Below are positions 40,453 to 50,760 of a stretch of DNA of 64,000 nt, one piece after another. Numbering within the stretch: the first letter of the stretch is position 1; every line of letters starts with the position of its first letter. The notes below the pieces were generated by a model, which worked only from the letters and a program-made list of their open reading frames with translations, had not been told where the DNA came from and ran no database searches. A program made the position numbers and the translations under genes. This stretch comes from Candidatus Flemingiibacterium sp. (lineage in GTDB: Bacteria; Bacillota; Clostridia; Oscillospirales; CAG-272): assembly GCA_045634005.1 (NCBI GenBank), contig JAZQZL010000018.1:4329-68328 (forward strand). The letters run 5' to 3'.

Positions 40453-41220
40453 TTATATACCGAAGGAACTGAGTATTCTGTCGATAAAGGAATCGGCAAA
40501 GCTCTTAAGCCCATCGATAAATGACGTCTTCTCCTGTTCAACCGTTTCAATTATCTCTATCTTGTCTTCTTTATGTACCGTCAGGTAATATCTGTCAACC
40601 TGATCCTTCTTGACCATACCGAGCTCTTCCTTGGCTATCTCCTCCACTACGCGAAGATCGTCGCGCGTTTCAAGCAGCAGACCAAGCTCGTCGCTCTGCT
40701 TAACAAGCTCGTTGTACTTCGTCTTAAGCTCGGAATTCTCCGCCGTTATATCGTTGATCTGAACTCCCGTGGTTATTATAGAAAGCACAAGCACGGTAGC
40801 GCAAGCGGCAGTGAGGATTATGGACAGAGGGAAAGCGCGTCGCTCGGATCTGTCTACCTCTATAGTAAGGTTTTCAACAGTAGTCTTTACTCTTGCAGCA
40901 GCTTTTTCAGCTTTGGAAACAGCTCTCGTTTTCGACTTTGTGCCCGTTTTAGCTCCTGTACCTACACGCGGAGTCTGCGCGGTAGTGGAACGCGGATCAG
41001 CCGCTACTCTGCCAATTGAAGCTGTGTTACTGCCGACAGCTGCTCTGCCTCTTACCGCTGCTGTTGAATTTACAGTCTGACCAAGCGCGTTTTTCTGAGC
41101 AACAGGGCGTCCTTCGGCAATTGATTCGAAGGTATACTCTTTGTATGCGGGACTAGTGGAGATGCGGTTATCGGAAGTTTGCTTTTTGTTTTTCTTGGAT
41201 TTAAACTTTGCTTCGGTCAC
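40453..41220 (-). CDS. FtsL-like protein with long N-terminal extension
   Basis: TM segment + coiled coil + DLRVVEEIAKEELGM; lies between rsmH and the PBP. Confidence 0.75.
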   Translation of the reverse strand: MTEAKFKSKKNKKQTSDNRISTSPAYKEYTFESIAEGRPVAQKNALGQTVNSTAAVRGRAAVGSNTASIGRVAADPRSTTAQTPRVGTGAKTGTKSKTRAVSKAEKAAARVKTTVENLTIEVDRSERRAFPLSIILTAACATVLVLSIITTGVQINDITAENSELKTKYNELVKQSDELGLLLETRDDLRVVEEIAKEELGMVKKDQVDRYYLTVHKEDKIEIIETVEQEKTSFIDGLKSFADSFIDRILSSFGI

Positions 41221-41239
41221 GACCGTTTCTCCTTTCGGC

Positions 41240-42196
41240 TTAAAGTTTTTCTGCTATACGAAGCTTTGCGCTGTGAGAGCGCGAATTTTCGTCAAGCTCT
41301 TTTTCTGATGGAAGTATAGGCTTATGTGTGAGAACCTTTACCTTCGGCTTGTTGCCGCATACGCATATCGGAAGGTCCTTCGGGCAGGTGCATCCGCTCG
41401 CCGCCTTCGCAAACGTCTGCTTTACTATTCTGTCTTCAAGCGAGTGGAAGGTTATAACCGAGAGCCTGCCACCCTCGCCAAGCGCGTATATAAGCGCATC
41501 AAGCGTAGGCTCTATTATGGAAAGCTCGGAATTAACCTCAATGCGAATCGCCTGAAACGCTCGCTTCGCTGGATGTGAACCGCACTCGCGAGCCTTCGCG
41601 GGGATTGCTGATTTTATAATGTCCACGAGCTCAAACGTGCTTTCTATCGGTTTTACCTCACGCGCGGCACATATCTTCGCCGCGATACGCGGTGCAAAGC
41701 GCTCCTCGCTGAAGTCGTATATGATCTTTTTAAGTTTGTCCTCTGAATAAGTGTTAACAACGTCGTATGCCGAAAGCGGTGCATCGGGATCCATACGCAT
41801 ATCGAGCGGCGCATCGTGCATATACGAAAATCCGCGCTCGGGTGTGTCAAGCTGATAGGACGATACACCAAGGTCGATAACGGCGCCGTCTATTTTATCA
41901 ATACCGAGCCGCGCGAGAACGTCGCCGACGTTTCTGAAGTTGTCGCGCACAAACTCTATTCGCTCGGAGTATTTCTCGAGTCTTTTCTTTGATGCCGCGA
42001 TAGCCGCGCTGTCCTGGTCGATCGCTATAAGCTTACCGCCGCCCGTCAATCGGGATGCGATAGCCTCGGAGTGACCGCCTCCTCCAAGTGTACAGTCAAC
42101 GTATATGCCGTCGGGCTTTATATTAAGTCCGTCAACCGACTCGGCAAGCAGTACCGAGTAGTGCGAAAATACAGGTGCGTTGTCCTTGTCCATCAA
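41240..42196 (-). CDS. rsmH: 16S rRNA m4C1402 methyltransferase
   Basis: DCTLGGGGHS, DLGVSSYQLD, FQAIRIEVN and FHSLEDR motifs. Confidence 0.97.
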   Translation of the reverse strand: MMDKDNAPVFSHYSVLLAESVDGLNIKPDGIYVDCTLGGGGHSEAIASRLTGGGKLIAIDQDSAAIAASKKRLEKYSERIEFVRDNFRNVGDVLARLGIDKIDGAVIDLGVSSYQLDTPERGFSYMHDAPLDMRMDPDAPLSAYDVVNTYSEDKLKKIIYDFSEERFAPRIAAKICAAREVKPIESTFELVDIIKSAIPAKARECGSHPAKRAFQAIRIEVNSELSIIEPTLDALIYALGEGGRLSVITFHSLEDRIVKQTFAKAASGCTCPKDLPICVCGNKPKVKVLTHKPILPSEKELDENSRSHSAKLRIAEKL

Positions 42197-42612
42197 AGTC
42201 CAAGCTCCTTCATCTGCTGTTCTATCGCCGCGATATTATCGCCGCTCTTCATAGAGTTCCAACGTTCAGCATCCCAAAGCTCTGCACGGTTGCCAAGTCC
42301 GAGAAACACAGCCTCGCGGTCAAGGTTCGCAAATTCGCGAAGAACCTGCGGAAGCGTTATACGTCCGTGTGAATCGGGGCTGACCTCGAATGCGAAGGCG
42401 AAAATAAAGCGCTTTATCTCTCTTGTCTGCGAGTCGGGAAGCATTTCAATTCTTGCACAGAGCTTGCCCCACTCCTCGGCACTGTAAAGTGACAGACATC
42501 CGTCAATATTTTTTGCAATGGTAAAGGTGTCGCCAAGTCCGTCGCGCAGTTTAGCAGGCACGAAAACTCGCGCCTTTGCGTCGATCGTATGAAGGTATTC
42601 ACCCATCAGCAT
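42193..42612 (-). CDS. mraZ: Transcriptional regulator MraZ
   Basis: IDAKARVFVP and DSHGRITLP repeats. Confidence 0.95.
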   Translation of the reverse strand: MLMGEYLHTIDAKARVFVPAKLRDGLGDTFTIAKNIDGCLSLYSAEEWGKLCARIEMLPDSQTREIKRFIFAFAFEVSPDSHGRITLPQVLREFANLDREAVFLGLGNRAELWDAERWNSMKSGDNIAAIEQQMKELGL

Positions 42613-42653
42613 CCGTGCCTCACCCCTTTAAACCAAATTATGGGGAAATTTCA

Positions 42654-42677
42654 CCATTTTGAACCTATTTCTCCCAC
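42654..42677 (-). promoter_or_regulatory. Putative MraZ operator boxes
   Basis: GTGG/TAGG/ATGG at 10-bp spacing upstream of mraZ. Confidence 0.55.
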
Positions 42678-42832
42678 CCTAAAAATATTATACCGCATAA
42701 TGCGGATAATTTCAATAGTTTTCGCAAGATTTTTTTCGGTAAAATGCAAATTTTTTTGCACTTTTCACGGAAATTTCGTCCACAATTTAGTGCGGTATAT
42801 CAATATTTGGTAATTATGTAATTATAATGATG

Positions 42833-43321
42833 TTAATTTTTTTTGAACGCCTCAATAAGCTCGGCTACGCCAGCCGGAACACACTTCGAATAATCGCATC
42901 CGTAGCGTATCAGCTCACGCACCATAGTGGAGCTTATGTGCATATACTCCGCCTTGGTCGGAATGATGATCGTATCAAGTTCGGAAACAATCGAGCGGTT
43001 GATAAGAGCAAGCGACATTTCGTAGTCAAAATCAGTCGCAGAGCGTGCTCCCTTTACGATAGTTCCGATGCCGTGCTCTACAGCATAATCCGCAAGCAGG
43101 CCGCCCCAAATATCAACGTGCACGTTGGGTATCTTGTCGAACGCCGCGTGAAGCATCTGAAGACGCTCATCGGAGCTGAAAAACGTAGTTTTTGAGGAGT
43201 TTATAAACTCGGTGACGTACACCTCGTCGAATATTTTAGCCGCGCGTGCAACGAGGTCGTAGTGACCGACCGTCGGCGGATCAAAGCTTCCGGAAATAAG
43301 CGCTATTTTAGGATTTAACAT
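42833..43321 (-). CDS. coaD: Phosphopantetheine adenylyltransferase
   Basis: GSFDPPTVGH, DFDYE and ISST motifs. Confidence 0.95.
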   Translation of the reverse strand: MLNPKIALISGSFDPPTVGHYDLVARAAKIFDEVYVTEFINSSKTTFFSSDERLQMLHAAFDKIPNVHVDIWGGLLADYAVEHGIGTIVKGARSATDFDYEMSLALINRSIVSELDTIIIPTKAEYMHISSTMVRELIRYGCDYSKCVPAGVAELIEAFKKN

Positions 43322-43338
43322 ACTGTTCCCTCCTGTTT

Positions 43339-43893
43339 TTATTTTCTGCTCAAAACGGTGATATAAACGCGTCCGTAGCGGTTCTGCTTTTCGACGGCAT
43401 ATTTGTCGGCAAGAGCCTCGTCACCACCGAAAATATCGTCGGTTTCATCCTCACAGAATATCCACGCACCGTCAGCAAGAAGGTCGGAATCCGCAAGCTT
43501 TTCAAGCGCAGATCTCAGCATGCCGCTCCCGTACGGGGGATCGAGAAAAATAAAATCGAACTTCTCGCCCTTTGTGCCGCGGATATAGTCCGCGTAGTCC
43601 ATTGTAACGACGCGGCAACGCTCCCAAAGGCGCGTCTTCTGCGCGTTCTGCTTGATGATAGCCGTAGCATCGGCAGAACGGTCTACGAGGTGAGCCTTCT
43701 CAGCTCCGCGTGAGAGCGCCTCAAGTCCGAGCTGACCGCTTCCCGCGAAAAGATCGAGCACTCTCGCGTCGGGCAGATCGAACTGTATCATACTGAATAT
43801 TGCTTCCTTAACGCGCTCCGCGGTCGGGCGTGTTGCCTCTCCTTCGAGGGTTACAAGCTTTATTCCGCGCGCGCTTCCTGTAATTATTCTCAT
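43339..43893 (-). CDS. rsmD: 16S rRNA m2G966 methyltransferase
   Basis: MRIITG, TRPT, LDLFAGSG..GLEALSRGA and DPPY motifs. Confidence 0.95.
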   Translation of the reverse strand: MRIITGSARGIKLVTLEGEATRPTAERVKEAIFSMIQFDLPDARVLDLFAGSGQLGLEALSRGAEKAHLVDRSADATAIIKQNAQKTRLWERCRVVTMDYADYIRGTKGEKFDFIFLDPPYGSGMLRSALEKLADSDLLADGAWIFCEDETDDIFGGDEALADKYAVEKQNRYGRVYITVLSRK

Positions 43894-45752
43894 TTTTTCG
43901 ACTCCTGATTTTTATAAAATTCTATTATGGCATCGGCATTTGCACCGCTGATACCGGGCACTCTGACAAGCTCGCTTTTGTCTGCCCTTTTGATCGCCGC
44001 AATACTGCGAAAATGCGCGAGTAGGCTCTTTGCTTTCACCGTGCCGATACCGTCTATTTTTTCAAGCGTAGAATGCTTGAGTGTCTTTGATTTTGCCTTC
44101 TCCATTCGGCCCACTGTGTAGCGGTGAACCTCCTCTTGGAGCTTGTATATGAACTGAAATACCGCCTGCTCTCGAGCTATGCTAATCTCGCCCGTATCAT
44201 CGGTTAAAGCACGAGTTTTGTGGAACTCGTCCTTGACCATACCGAAAACGGGAATCTCGCATCCAAGCTCTTCCATAAGCTCGCGCACAACGGACACGTG
44301 TCCCTTGCCGCCGTCGAGCAAAATAAGGTCGGGCGCAGCTCCGAACGAGTCGTCGGACAGATGCGAAAGTCTGCGTGATAATGCCTCGCGCATCGCGCCG
44401 TAGTCATCGATGCCGTCGGTTGTTTTAATTTTGAACGTGCGGTAGTCGGATTTGTTGAATTTCGTGCCGTCGGTGACAACCATTCCGGCGGTTATATTAT
44501 CCTTGCCGAAGTTTGATATGTCATACGCCTCAATGCGCTCGGGTACGACCTCGAGAGCCAACATCGAAGCAAGCTTGACGAGCATCTTGTTGTCCTTCTC
44601 CGACTGCGCCTTGTAGAGCATCGCCTGCTGCTTTGCGTTGTCATACACCATCTCACAAAGCCGTCTGCGGTCACCGCGCTCGGGTGTGCGTATATCAGGC
44701 TTATATCCAACGCGTGCGCGTATCGTTTCGGTAAGCGCCTCGAGCTCCGTATCGGGAAGTGTGAAATCGAGGATTATCTCGCGCGGCACGTACTCACGGA
44801 TATTGTAAAGCTCCGAGAGAAACGCGGACATATTCTCCTCATCAATGATCTTTTCTGCAGGGAACGTAAAATGCTCGCTGTCGGTTATACTGCCGCCACG
44901 AATATAGAATACGGATATGCACGAGCAGACCTCGTCCGAGTAAAGCGCAATAACGTCCTGCTCCTCGTCGGGTGCGCCAACTACCTTCTGACGCTGCCAA
45001 AGCTTTGAGAGCGCATCTATGCGGTCGCGGTAACGCGCCGCCGCCTCAAACATTAAATTTTCCGAGGCATACTCCATCTTCTCGCGAAGCGAGTCCTCAC
45101 ACTCGCGGAATGAGCCACGCAAAAATGCGGTTATTTCCTTAAATATTGCCCGATATTCCTCACTTGATACCTGACCCGTGCAGGGAGCGACGCAAAGTCC
45201 GATGTGACGGTTAAGGCACGGTCTTTCCTTGCCGATGTCACGTGGGAACTCGCGGTTACACGATGCTATGCCGAAGGTTTTCTGCACCGTTCCTGCGATA
45301 CTGTAAATCGCAGAAATGCTCGAATACGGACCAAAATATTTCGCTCCGTCGGCAAGACGTTTTCTTGTAACGGTAAGCTTCGGGAACTCGTCATTCAGAG
45401 TTAATTTAATATACGGATAGGACTTTGCATCCTTGAGTCTTATGTTATATTTGGGAGCGTGTTGCTTGATAAGGCTGTTTTCGAGCGAGAGTGCTTCAAT
45501 TTCCGTATCGGTCAGGATATAGTCGAAGCTATCAACGCTCATCACCATTCGGCGAGTTTTCTCGTTATGGTGCGCCGACTCGTGGAAATACTGAGATACG
45601 CGGTTTTTAAGTGAGCGCGACTTGCCAACGTAGATAACCTTGCCTGCCCTGTCGCGCATAATATAAACGCCCGGACGAAGCGGAAGTGAATTTGCTTTTT
45701 CAAGCAGCTGTGCGCGCTTTTCCTGTGCCTTTTGTGATGTCTGCACGTCCAT
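43890..45752 (-). CDS. uvrC: Excinuclease ABC subunit C
   Basis: PGVY..YVGK GIY-YIG, FEAAARYRD, RIEAYDISN, DGGKG and HhH motifs. Confidence 0.97.
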   Translation of the reverse strand: MDVQTSQKAQEKRAQLLEKANSLPLRPGVYIMRDRAGKVIYVGKSRSLKNRVSQYFHESAHHNEKTRRMVMSVDSFDYILTDTEIEALSLENSLIKQHAPKYNIRLKDAKSYPYIKLTLNDEFPKLTVTRKRLADGAKYFGPYSSISAIYSIAGTVQKTFGIASCNREFPRDIGKERPCLNRHIGLCVAPCTGQVSSEEYRAIFKEITAFLRGSFRECEDSLREKMEYASENLMFEAAARYRDRIDALSKLWQRQKVVGAPDEEQDVIALYSDEVCSCISVFYIRGGSITDSEHFTFPAEKIIDEENMSAFLSELYNIREYVPREIILDFTLPDTELEALTETIRARVGYKPDIRTPERGDRRRLCEMVYDNAKQQAMLYKAQSEKDNKMLVKLASMLALEVVPERIEAYDISNFGKDNITAGMVVTDGTKFNKSDYRTFKIKTTDGIDDYGAMREALSRRLSHLSDDSFGAAPDLILLDGGKGHVSVVRELMEELGCEIPVFGMVKDEFHKTRALTDDTGEISIAREQAVFQFIYKLQEEVHRYTVGRMEKAKSKTLKHSTLEKIDGIGTVKAKSLLAHFRSIAAIKRADKSELVRVPGISGANADAIIEFYKNQESKK

Positions 45753-45876
45753 TAAAATCCACCTGCCTCCTAATGCGTTTTAAAGAAAAGGCGGACCGAT
45801 GCCGAAAATGCACTGCGGTCCGTCAAAACTATTAAATCTACCGCGCCAATACGCGACTCAACACCTATAGTCGAAA

Positions 45877-46140
45877 TTATTCGCCAAAGCCGGTGTCGAT
45901 AAGCTCGCACAGACCGTCGAGTGCTGCATTCTCATCGCTGCCGTCAGCAATAAGAGTGATAGTCATACCCTTGGTAATACCGAGGGAGAGTACGCCGAGA
46001 AGGCTCTTTGCGTTTACACGTCTGTCTTCCTTCTCAACCCAAAGAGAGCTCTGGAAGGAATTTGCCTTCTGGATAAAGAACGTAGCAGGTCTTGCGTGAA
46101 GACCAACGTTATTCTGAATAGTGACATTACGGGATATCAT
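45877..46140 (-). CDS. ptsH: Phosphocarrier protein HPr
   Basis: GLHARPA and NAKSLLGVLSLG motifs. Confidence 0.95.
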   Translation of the reverse strand: MISRNVTIQNNVGLHARPATFFIQKANSFQSSLWVEKEDRRVNAKSLLGVLSLGITKGMTITLIADGSDENAALDGLCELIDTGFGE

Positions 46141-46462
46141 AGTTATACGCTCCTAACATAAGAATGAAGATTATTTGTAAGGTAAGATTTCGCAATTATA
46201 AGTGTTACCGACAACATATAAGTATCGGTAAAAAGTCAATGTGTAATCAATACACCGATTATAGTATATCATTTTTGAAAAATAAAATCAATTGCCTTTT
46301 TGCATATAAATTATCGCGACAAAGTACATTTTATCTGTGTTTTGCAGAACTTTTACACAGTTTTGCGTGTTTTTATGGAAATTTTTAGCACACGCCCATT
46401 GACATCGCATTTGCGGTATGATATAATGTTGTAACAAATCATGCCGCAAAGGAGCTGCGTAA

Positions 46463-47440
46463 ATGGATAAGGTTAAAATAGCAATACTCGGTTCAGGCTC
46501 CATAGCTCACGCAATGGCAAGAGCTATGCTGTGTGTACCAAATGCCAAAATACATTCGGTGGCATCGCGCAGCTTCGATAATGCAACTGCCTTCGCAAAG
46601 GAATTTGACGTACCGAACGTATACACCTTCGATGAGTCGATTGCCGACACAGCACCCGACCTCTACTATATTGCCCTTCCGCACCCCCAACATTACGACT
46701 ATGCGAAAAAATGCTTACTCGCAGGCAAAAACGTACTTTGCGAAAAGCCACTTTGCATAAACGCAAAATTAGCGGAGGAGCTTTTCCTTATTGCCAAAGA
46801 AAAAGGCGTATTCTTCGCGGACAATATGTGGACGAGATTTTTACCCGCTGTGGGCATAGTCAAAAAGCTTATAGCCGACGGTGCTATTGGCGAGGTCAAG
46901 CACGTATCCGCGGCAATTTCGGAAAATTGCCTTGGTAGCCGTATGATGACAGACCCCATGATGGCAGGCGGAATGTTACTCGACTGCGGCATATACGTAC
47001 TCACCTGCATTGACCTTTTGCTTGGGCGTGATATTTCCGACGTGCAGACCTCCGCGCGTCTGTCAGATGAGGGCGTTGATCTGCACAGCGTTACAACTCT
47101 TACCTTTGCCGACAAAAGGACCGCGTCGCTGTATATCTCCATGGATTCATTCTTCCCGAATAAGATCTCCGTCGCAGGAGAAACCGGATATCTTGAATTC
47201 ACCTGTGCTTACAATTGGAGAAACATCGGAATATACAGAAATACGGATAAGCTTATCAGAGCCGTGGAAATTCCCGAGCAAAAAGCGGGTGGCTATGAAT
47301 ACATCGTATCCGCCGTGTGCGATGCTGTTATCGCAGGCAAGACCTGCTGCGAAGAAAGCACCCCCGAGGACACGCTTTACATTCTTCGTCAAATGGACGC
47401 CCTTCGCGAAGCGTGGGGACTTAAATATCCTATGGAATAA
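46463..47440 (+). CDS. Gfo/Idh/MocA oxidoreductase, paralogue 1
   Basis: GSGSIA, VLCEKP, MWTRFLP and GGMLLDCGIY motifs. Confidence 0.92.
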   Translation: MDKVKIAILGSGSIAHAMARAMLCVPNAKIHSVASRSFDNATAFAKEFDVPNVYTFDESIADTAPDLYYIALPHPQHYDYAKKCLLAGKNVLCEKPLCINAKLAEELFLIAKEKGVFFADNMWTRFLPAVGIVKKLIADGAIGEVKHVSAAISENCLGSRMMTDPMMAGGMLLDCGIYVLTCIDLLLGRDISDVQTSARLSDEGVDLHSVTTLTFADKRTASLYISMDSFFPNKISVAGETGYLEFTCAYNWRNIGIYRNTDKLIRAVEIPEQKAGGYEYIVSAVCDAVIAGKTCCEESTPEDTLYILRQMDALREAWGLKYPME

Positions 47441-47513
47441 GCACCAAAGGCTATGCGCTTTATGCGTATAGCCTTTTCTGTTTGCTGTATATTTATGTGA
47501 TATTTATGTTAGT

Positions 47514-47587
47514 TTGATGTTATATTAGCATTATTTTGACATTATTTTAGTGTTATATTGACATCCAACTTAACATTATGGTAAAAT
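47514..47587 (+). promoter_or_regulatory. 11-bp-phased repeat array overlapping promoter of paralogue 2
   Basis: ttgatgttata|ttagcattatt|ttgacattatt|ttagtgttata|ttgacatccaa then ttaacat; TTGACA at 47558 and TGnTAAAAT. Confidence 0.6.
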
Positions 47588-47646
47588 TATGTTGTAGCTG
47601 TGCACTGTATACTGCGCAGAAATAGTAACCCTCAGGAGTATTTATT

Positions 47647-48624
47647 ATGGACAAGGTAAAAGTAGCGATTTTCGGTACGGGCGGTGTCGCCCACTCTATG
47701 GCAAAGGCTATGATGTGTGTAGAGGATGCAACGCTTTACGCTGTTGCGTCTATCGATGATAATGAATCAAAAAAATTCGCCGAGGAGTTCGGCATTCCTA
47801 ATGCACTCACGTATGATGAAGCAATGGCAGATTCAAATATAGATCTTTGCTATATCGCTCTGCCGAATATATTTCATTTTGATTATTCAAAAAGATGCCT
47901 TCTCGCAGGCAAGAACGTTCTCTGTGAAAAGCCTCTTTGCGTAAATGCGCGCCAGGCGGAGGAGCTTTACGCTATTGCCAAAGAAAAAGGACTTTTCTTC
48001 TCCGATAATATGTGGACGAGATTTTTGCCGTCTGTTAAAATAGTTAAACAGCTTATCGACGAGGGCGCGATCGGCGAAGTACATAATTTCTTCGCTTCGA
48101 TGGCGGGCGATTATACAAAGGGCAAAAAAATGCCCGATCCCAATCAGGCAGGCGGAATATTACTCGACTGCGGAATCTACGTGCTCACCTCTATGGACAT
48201 TCTTCTCGGACGCGAGATCGAAAAGCTCGAAACGTCCGCACTTCTCTCCGAGCGCGGCGTAGACCTTCGCAGCACGACGACCTTCAGCTATCCGAACGGC
48301 GTAAATGCGACACTCTTCCTTTCAATGGACACCATAAGTCCGTGCAGAATCACCGTTGGCGGCTCGAAGGGATACCTTGATTTCGCGTGCCCGTACAGTT
48401 GGCAGGATATCAACTATTTCAACCGCGAAACAGGCGAGCGCAAAAAGATCGAATTCCCCAAATACGAGGCAGGCGGATACGAATATATCGCCGGGGCAAT
48501 TTGCAAAGCGATCAAGGAGGGGAAAACCTACTGCGAGGAATGCAAGCCCGAAGACACGCTTTACATTATGCATCAGATGGACACCCTTCGCGAAAAATGG
48601 GGACTCAAATACCCTATGGAATAA
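47647..48624 (+). CDS. Gfo/Idh/MocA oxidoreductase, paralogue 2
   Basis: Same motifs and same 325-aa length as paralogue 1. Confidence 0.92.
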   Translation: MDKVKVAIFGTGGVAHSMAKAMMCVEDATLYAVASIDDNESKKFAEEFGIPNALTYDEAMADSNIDLCYIALPNIFHFDYSKRCLLAGKNVLCEKPLCVNARQAEELYAIAKEKGLFFSDNMWTRFLPSVKIVKQLIDEGAIGEVHNFFASMAGDYTKGKKMPDPNQAGGILLDCGIYVLTSMDILLGREIEKLETSALLSERGVDLRSTTTFSYPNGVNATLFLSMDTISPCRITVGGSKGYLDFACPYSWQDINYFNRETGERKKIEFPKYEAGGYEYIAGAICKAIKEGKTYCEECKPEDTLYIMHQMDTLREKWGLKYPME

Positions 48625-48725
48625 ACAAAAATCACCTGCGTCATAGAGTCGTACTCTAAAGGACAGTTTTCAAAAATACGGTATATCTCGAAAAAGGTAT
48701 GCCGTATTTTGCATTTGGGGACACA

Positions 48726-48775
48726 AATGCAGTGCTTCGTATGCCTTAATTAAAGACATACGAAGCACTGCATTA
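48726..48775. terminator. Long hairpin downstream of recombinase gene
   Basis: aatgcagtgcttcgtatg...catacgaagcactgcatt. Confidence 0.7.
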
Positions 48776-48788
48776 TTTTTATATTCAG

Positions 48789-50405
48789 TTAAAATTCGAT
48801 TTTGCCTATGAAGCGGTAGAAAATTTCAACCTCTTGGTCTTTGAAGCCGTCGGGGCTTGTAACACCTTGATGGATAACGACCTTCTCAATTAGCTCGTGA
48901 AGCAGCGGGGCGGTCAGCTCCGAGATTACTGTGTATTTCTGTATCAGAGCAATCCACCGTTCTGCGTTACGCTGCGTTTCCACGCTTTCGGCAAGTCTTG
49001 CATTTAAGGCGGCGATCTTTTCGTCCAAACCTCTTTGCTCGTCTTGATAGCGTTCCCGAAGCATATCGTAGTTACGCTCGTCAATCCTTCCCATCGCGTG
49101 ATCCTCGTACAGCTTCGCAAACATCGTATCAAGCTCCTTTTGCCGCTTGACCGCTTTGGCGAGTTCCTTTTTGGAAATGCTCGTTTCCGCGTCACGTTGC
49201 TTTTGTCCGTTTTTCAATAGGCGATCTAAAAGTTCTTTTTCGTCCTTGTGCGCCAATGCTACCCACTGCTGCAATCGTATCAGCACCAAATTGTACAGCG
49301 TTTTGTAATTGATGAGGTGATTCGTACATCGTTCCTTGCCGTATTGACCGTAAGTAGAACACTCAAACGAGCGATAAACGCTGTCCTTATATTTTGTCTC
49401 CTTCAATCTCATACCGCTTTTGCAATCGGCGCATCGAAGCAATCCCGCAAAGATCTGAATCCGTCCGCTTTTCCCTGAGCGTTTCCTTTGCGAAACGTGA
49501 GCCTGCACCTGTTCCCACAGATCCATTGAGATCAACGGCTCGTGTGTATTCTCCACGCGATACCAATCGTTCTCGTCCACCAAAACTTGTTTCTTGTTCT
49601 TAAAGGAAACGTATTTTCTTCGGTAGTGAATACTGTGTCCGATATAGGTTTCATCCTTTAGAATAAAGCCTATTTGCGGATTGGTCCAAAGATACTTTTG
49701 ATTTTCGGGTTTGCCCTCAAACAGATGGGAAAAGAACCCGAATCTTTCATATTGTCGCCAAGATGGCGAAGGGATCTTTTCGCTTTCCAAGGCTCTGCGA
49801 ATTTTGTTTGGTCCCAATCCCGTAGCGGCAAGTGTGAATATCTTTCTGACTACCCAAGCGGTTTCCTCGTCGGGAACGATCTTACCCTTGATGCTTTCGT
49901 GCTTCAAATATCCGTATGGTGCGCAATATCCCGACCTTGCTCCGTTCTCAAATCTCACCTTCATTGCCGCCTTGACCTTTTTACTCGTTTGTCTTGCGTG
50001 CATCTCGTTAAGGATATTAAGGAACGGCGCAATCTCACTCTCGCCCTTTTCACTGTCAACGCCATCGCTGACCGCGATATAGCGAACGTTCTTGGACGGA
50101 AAGTAGATCTCGGTGTACTGTCCCGTAAGGATATAATTTCTTCCGAGTCGGGATAGGTCTTTGGTAACGACACAGTTGATCTTGCCGTTTTCTATATCGT
50201 CAAGCATACGTTGAAAGCTCGGTCTATCGAAATTCGTTCCCGAATAGCCGTCATCCACGTATTCATCGACGAGCCTCAGCCCGTGTTCTCGGCAGTATTG
50301 AGTAAGCATTTGTCTTTGGTTGGATATGCTGACGCTTTCACCGTGAACGTCATCGTCACAGCTAAGTCTTAAATAAATTCCCGTATTGTAGATTTGTTGT
50401 TTCAA
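48789..50405 (-). CDS. Large serine recombinase (TnpX/TndX-like)
   Basis: YLRLS, DDGYSGTNFDRP, KDLSRLGR, APYGY, THEPLI and CADC..C zinc ribbon, coiled coil; TTG start after AAGGAGG. Confidence 0.95.
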   Translation of the reverse strand: MKQQIYNTGIYLRLSCDDDVHGESVSISNQRQMLTQYCREHGLRLVDEYVDDGYSGTNFDRPSFQRMLDDIENGKINCVVTKDLSRLGRNYILTGQYTEIYFPSKNVRYIAVSDGVDSEKGESEIAPFLNILNEMHARQTSKKVKAAMKVRFENGARSGYCAPYGYLKHESIKGKIVPDEETAWVVRKIFTLAATGLGPNKIRRALESEKIPSPSWRQYERFGFFSHLFEGKPENQKYLWTNPQIGFILKDETYIGHSIHYRRKYVSFKNKKQVLVDENDWYRVENTHEPLISMDLWEQVQAHVSQRKRSGKSGRIQIFAGLLRCADCKSGMRLKETKYKDSVYRSFECSTYGQYGKERCTNHLINYKTLYNLVLIRLQQWVALAHKDEKELLDRLLKNGQKQRDAETSISKKELAKAVKRQKELDTMFAKLYEDHAMGRIDERNYDMLRERYQDEQRGLDEKIAALNARLAESVETQRNAERWIALIQKYTVISELTAPLLHELIEKVVIHQGVTSPDGFKDQEVEIFYRFIGKIEF

Positions 50406-50508
50406 ATGAGTTCCTCCTTCGTGACTCGAAACAATCCAATGGTACAATACTTGCTTACACTCGTATTATACCATAGATTGCTCTCGGATTCCATAACTTT
50501 TTGTAAAT

Positions 50509-50757
50509 TTATGATGCGCTTTCATTCTTACCGACAGGGGTAACAGCCGCCTCGTTCTGTATCACGTTCTGAACAAGCTTATTCAATTGCCGTCCGTCAT
50601 CTATAAAATGCTCGGTGATTTTAATACGTGTTTTGCCCTCGGTGTAATACAATTCGCCCTTGTAGTTACGGCTCATATCTCCCTCATCATCCTTACAATC
50701 TACAAAATGGAGCTTGTCTTTTCCAATGTTCAAAATTCTTATTCTTTTTCTACCCAT
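50509..50757 (-). CDS. TnpW-like small protein (start may be 50676)
   Basis: GKTRIKITEHF..G..L..L..NVI pattern; directly upstream of the LSR. Confidence 0.55.
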   Translation of the reverse strand: MGRKRIRILNIGKDKLHFVDCKDDEGDMSRNYKGELYYTEGKTRIKITEHFIDDGRQLNKLVQNVIQNEAAVTPVGKNESAS

Positions 50758-50760
50758 CCA

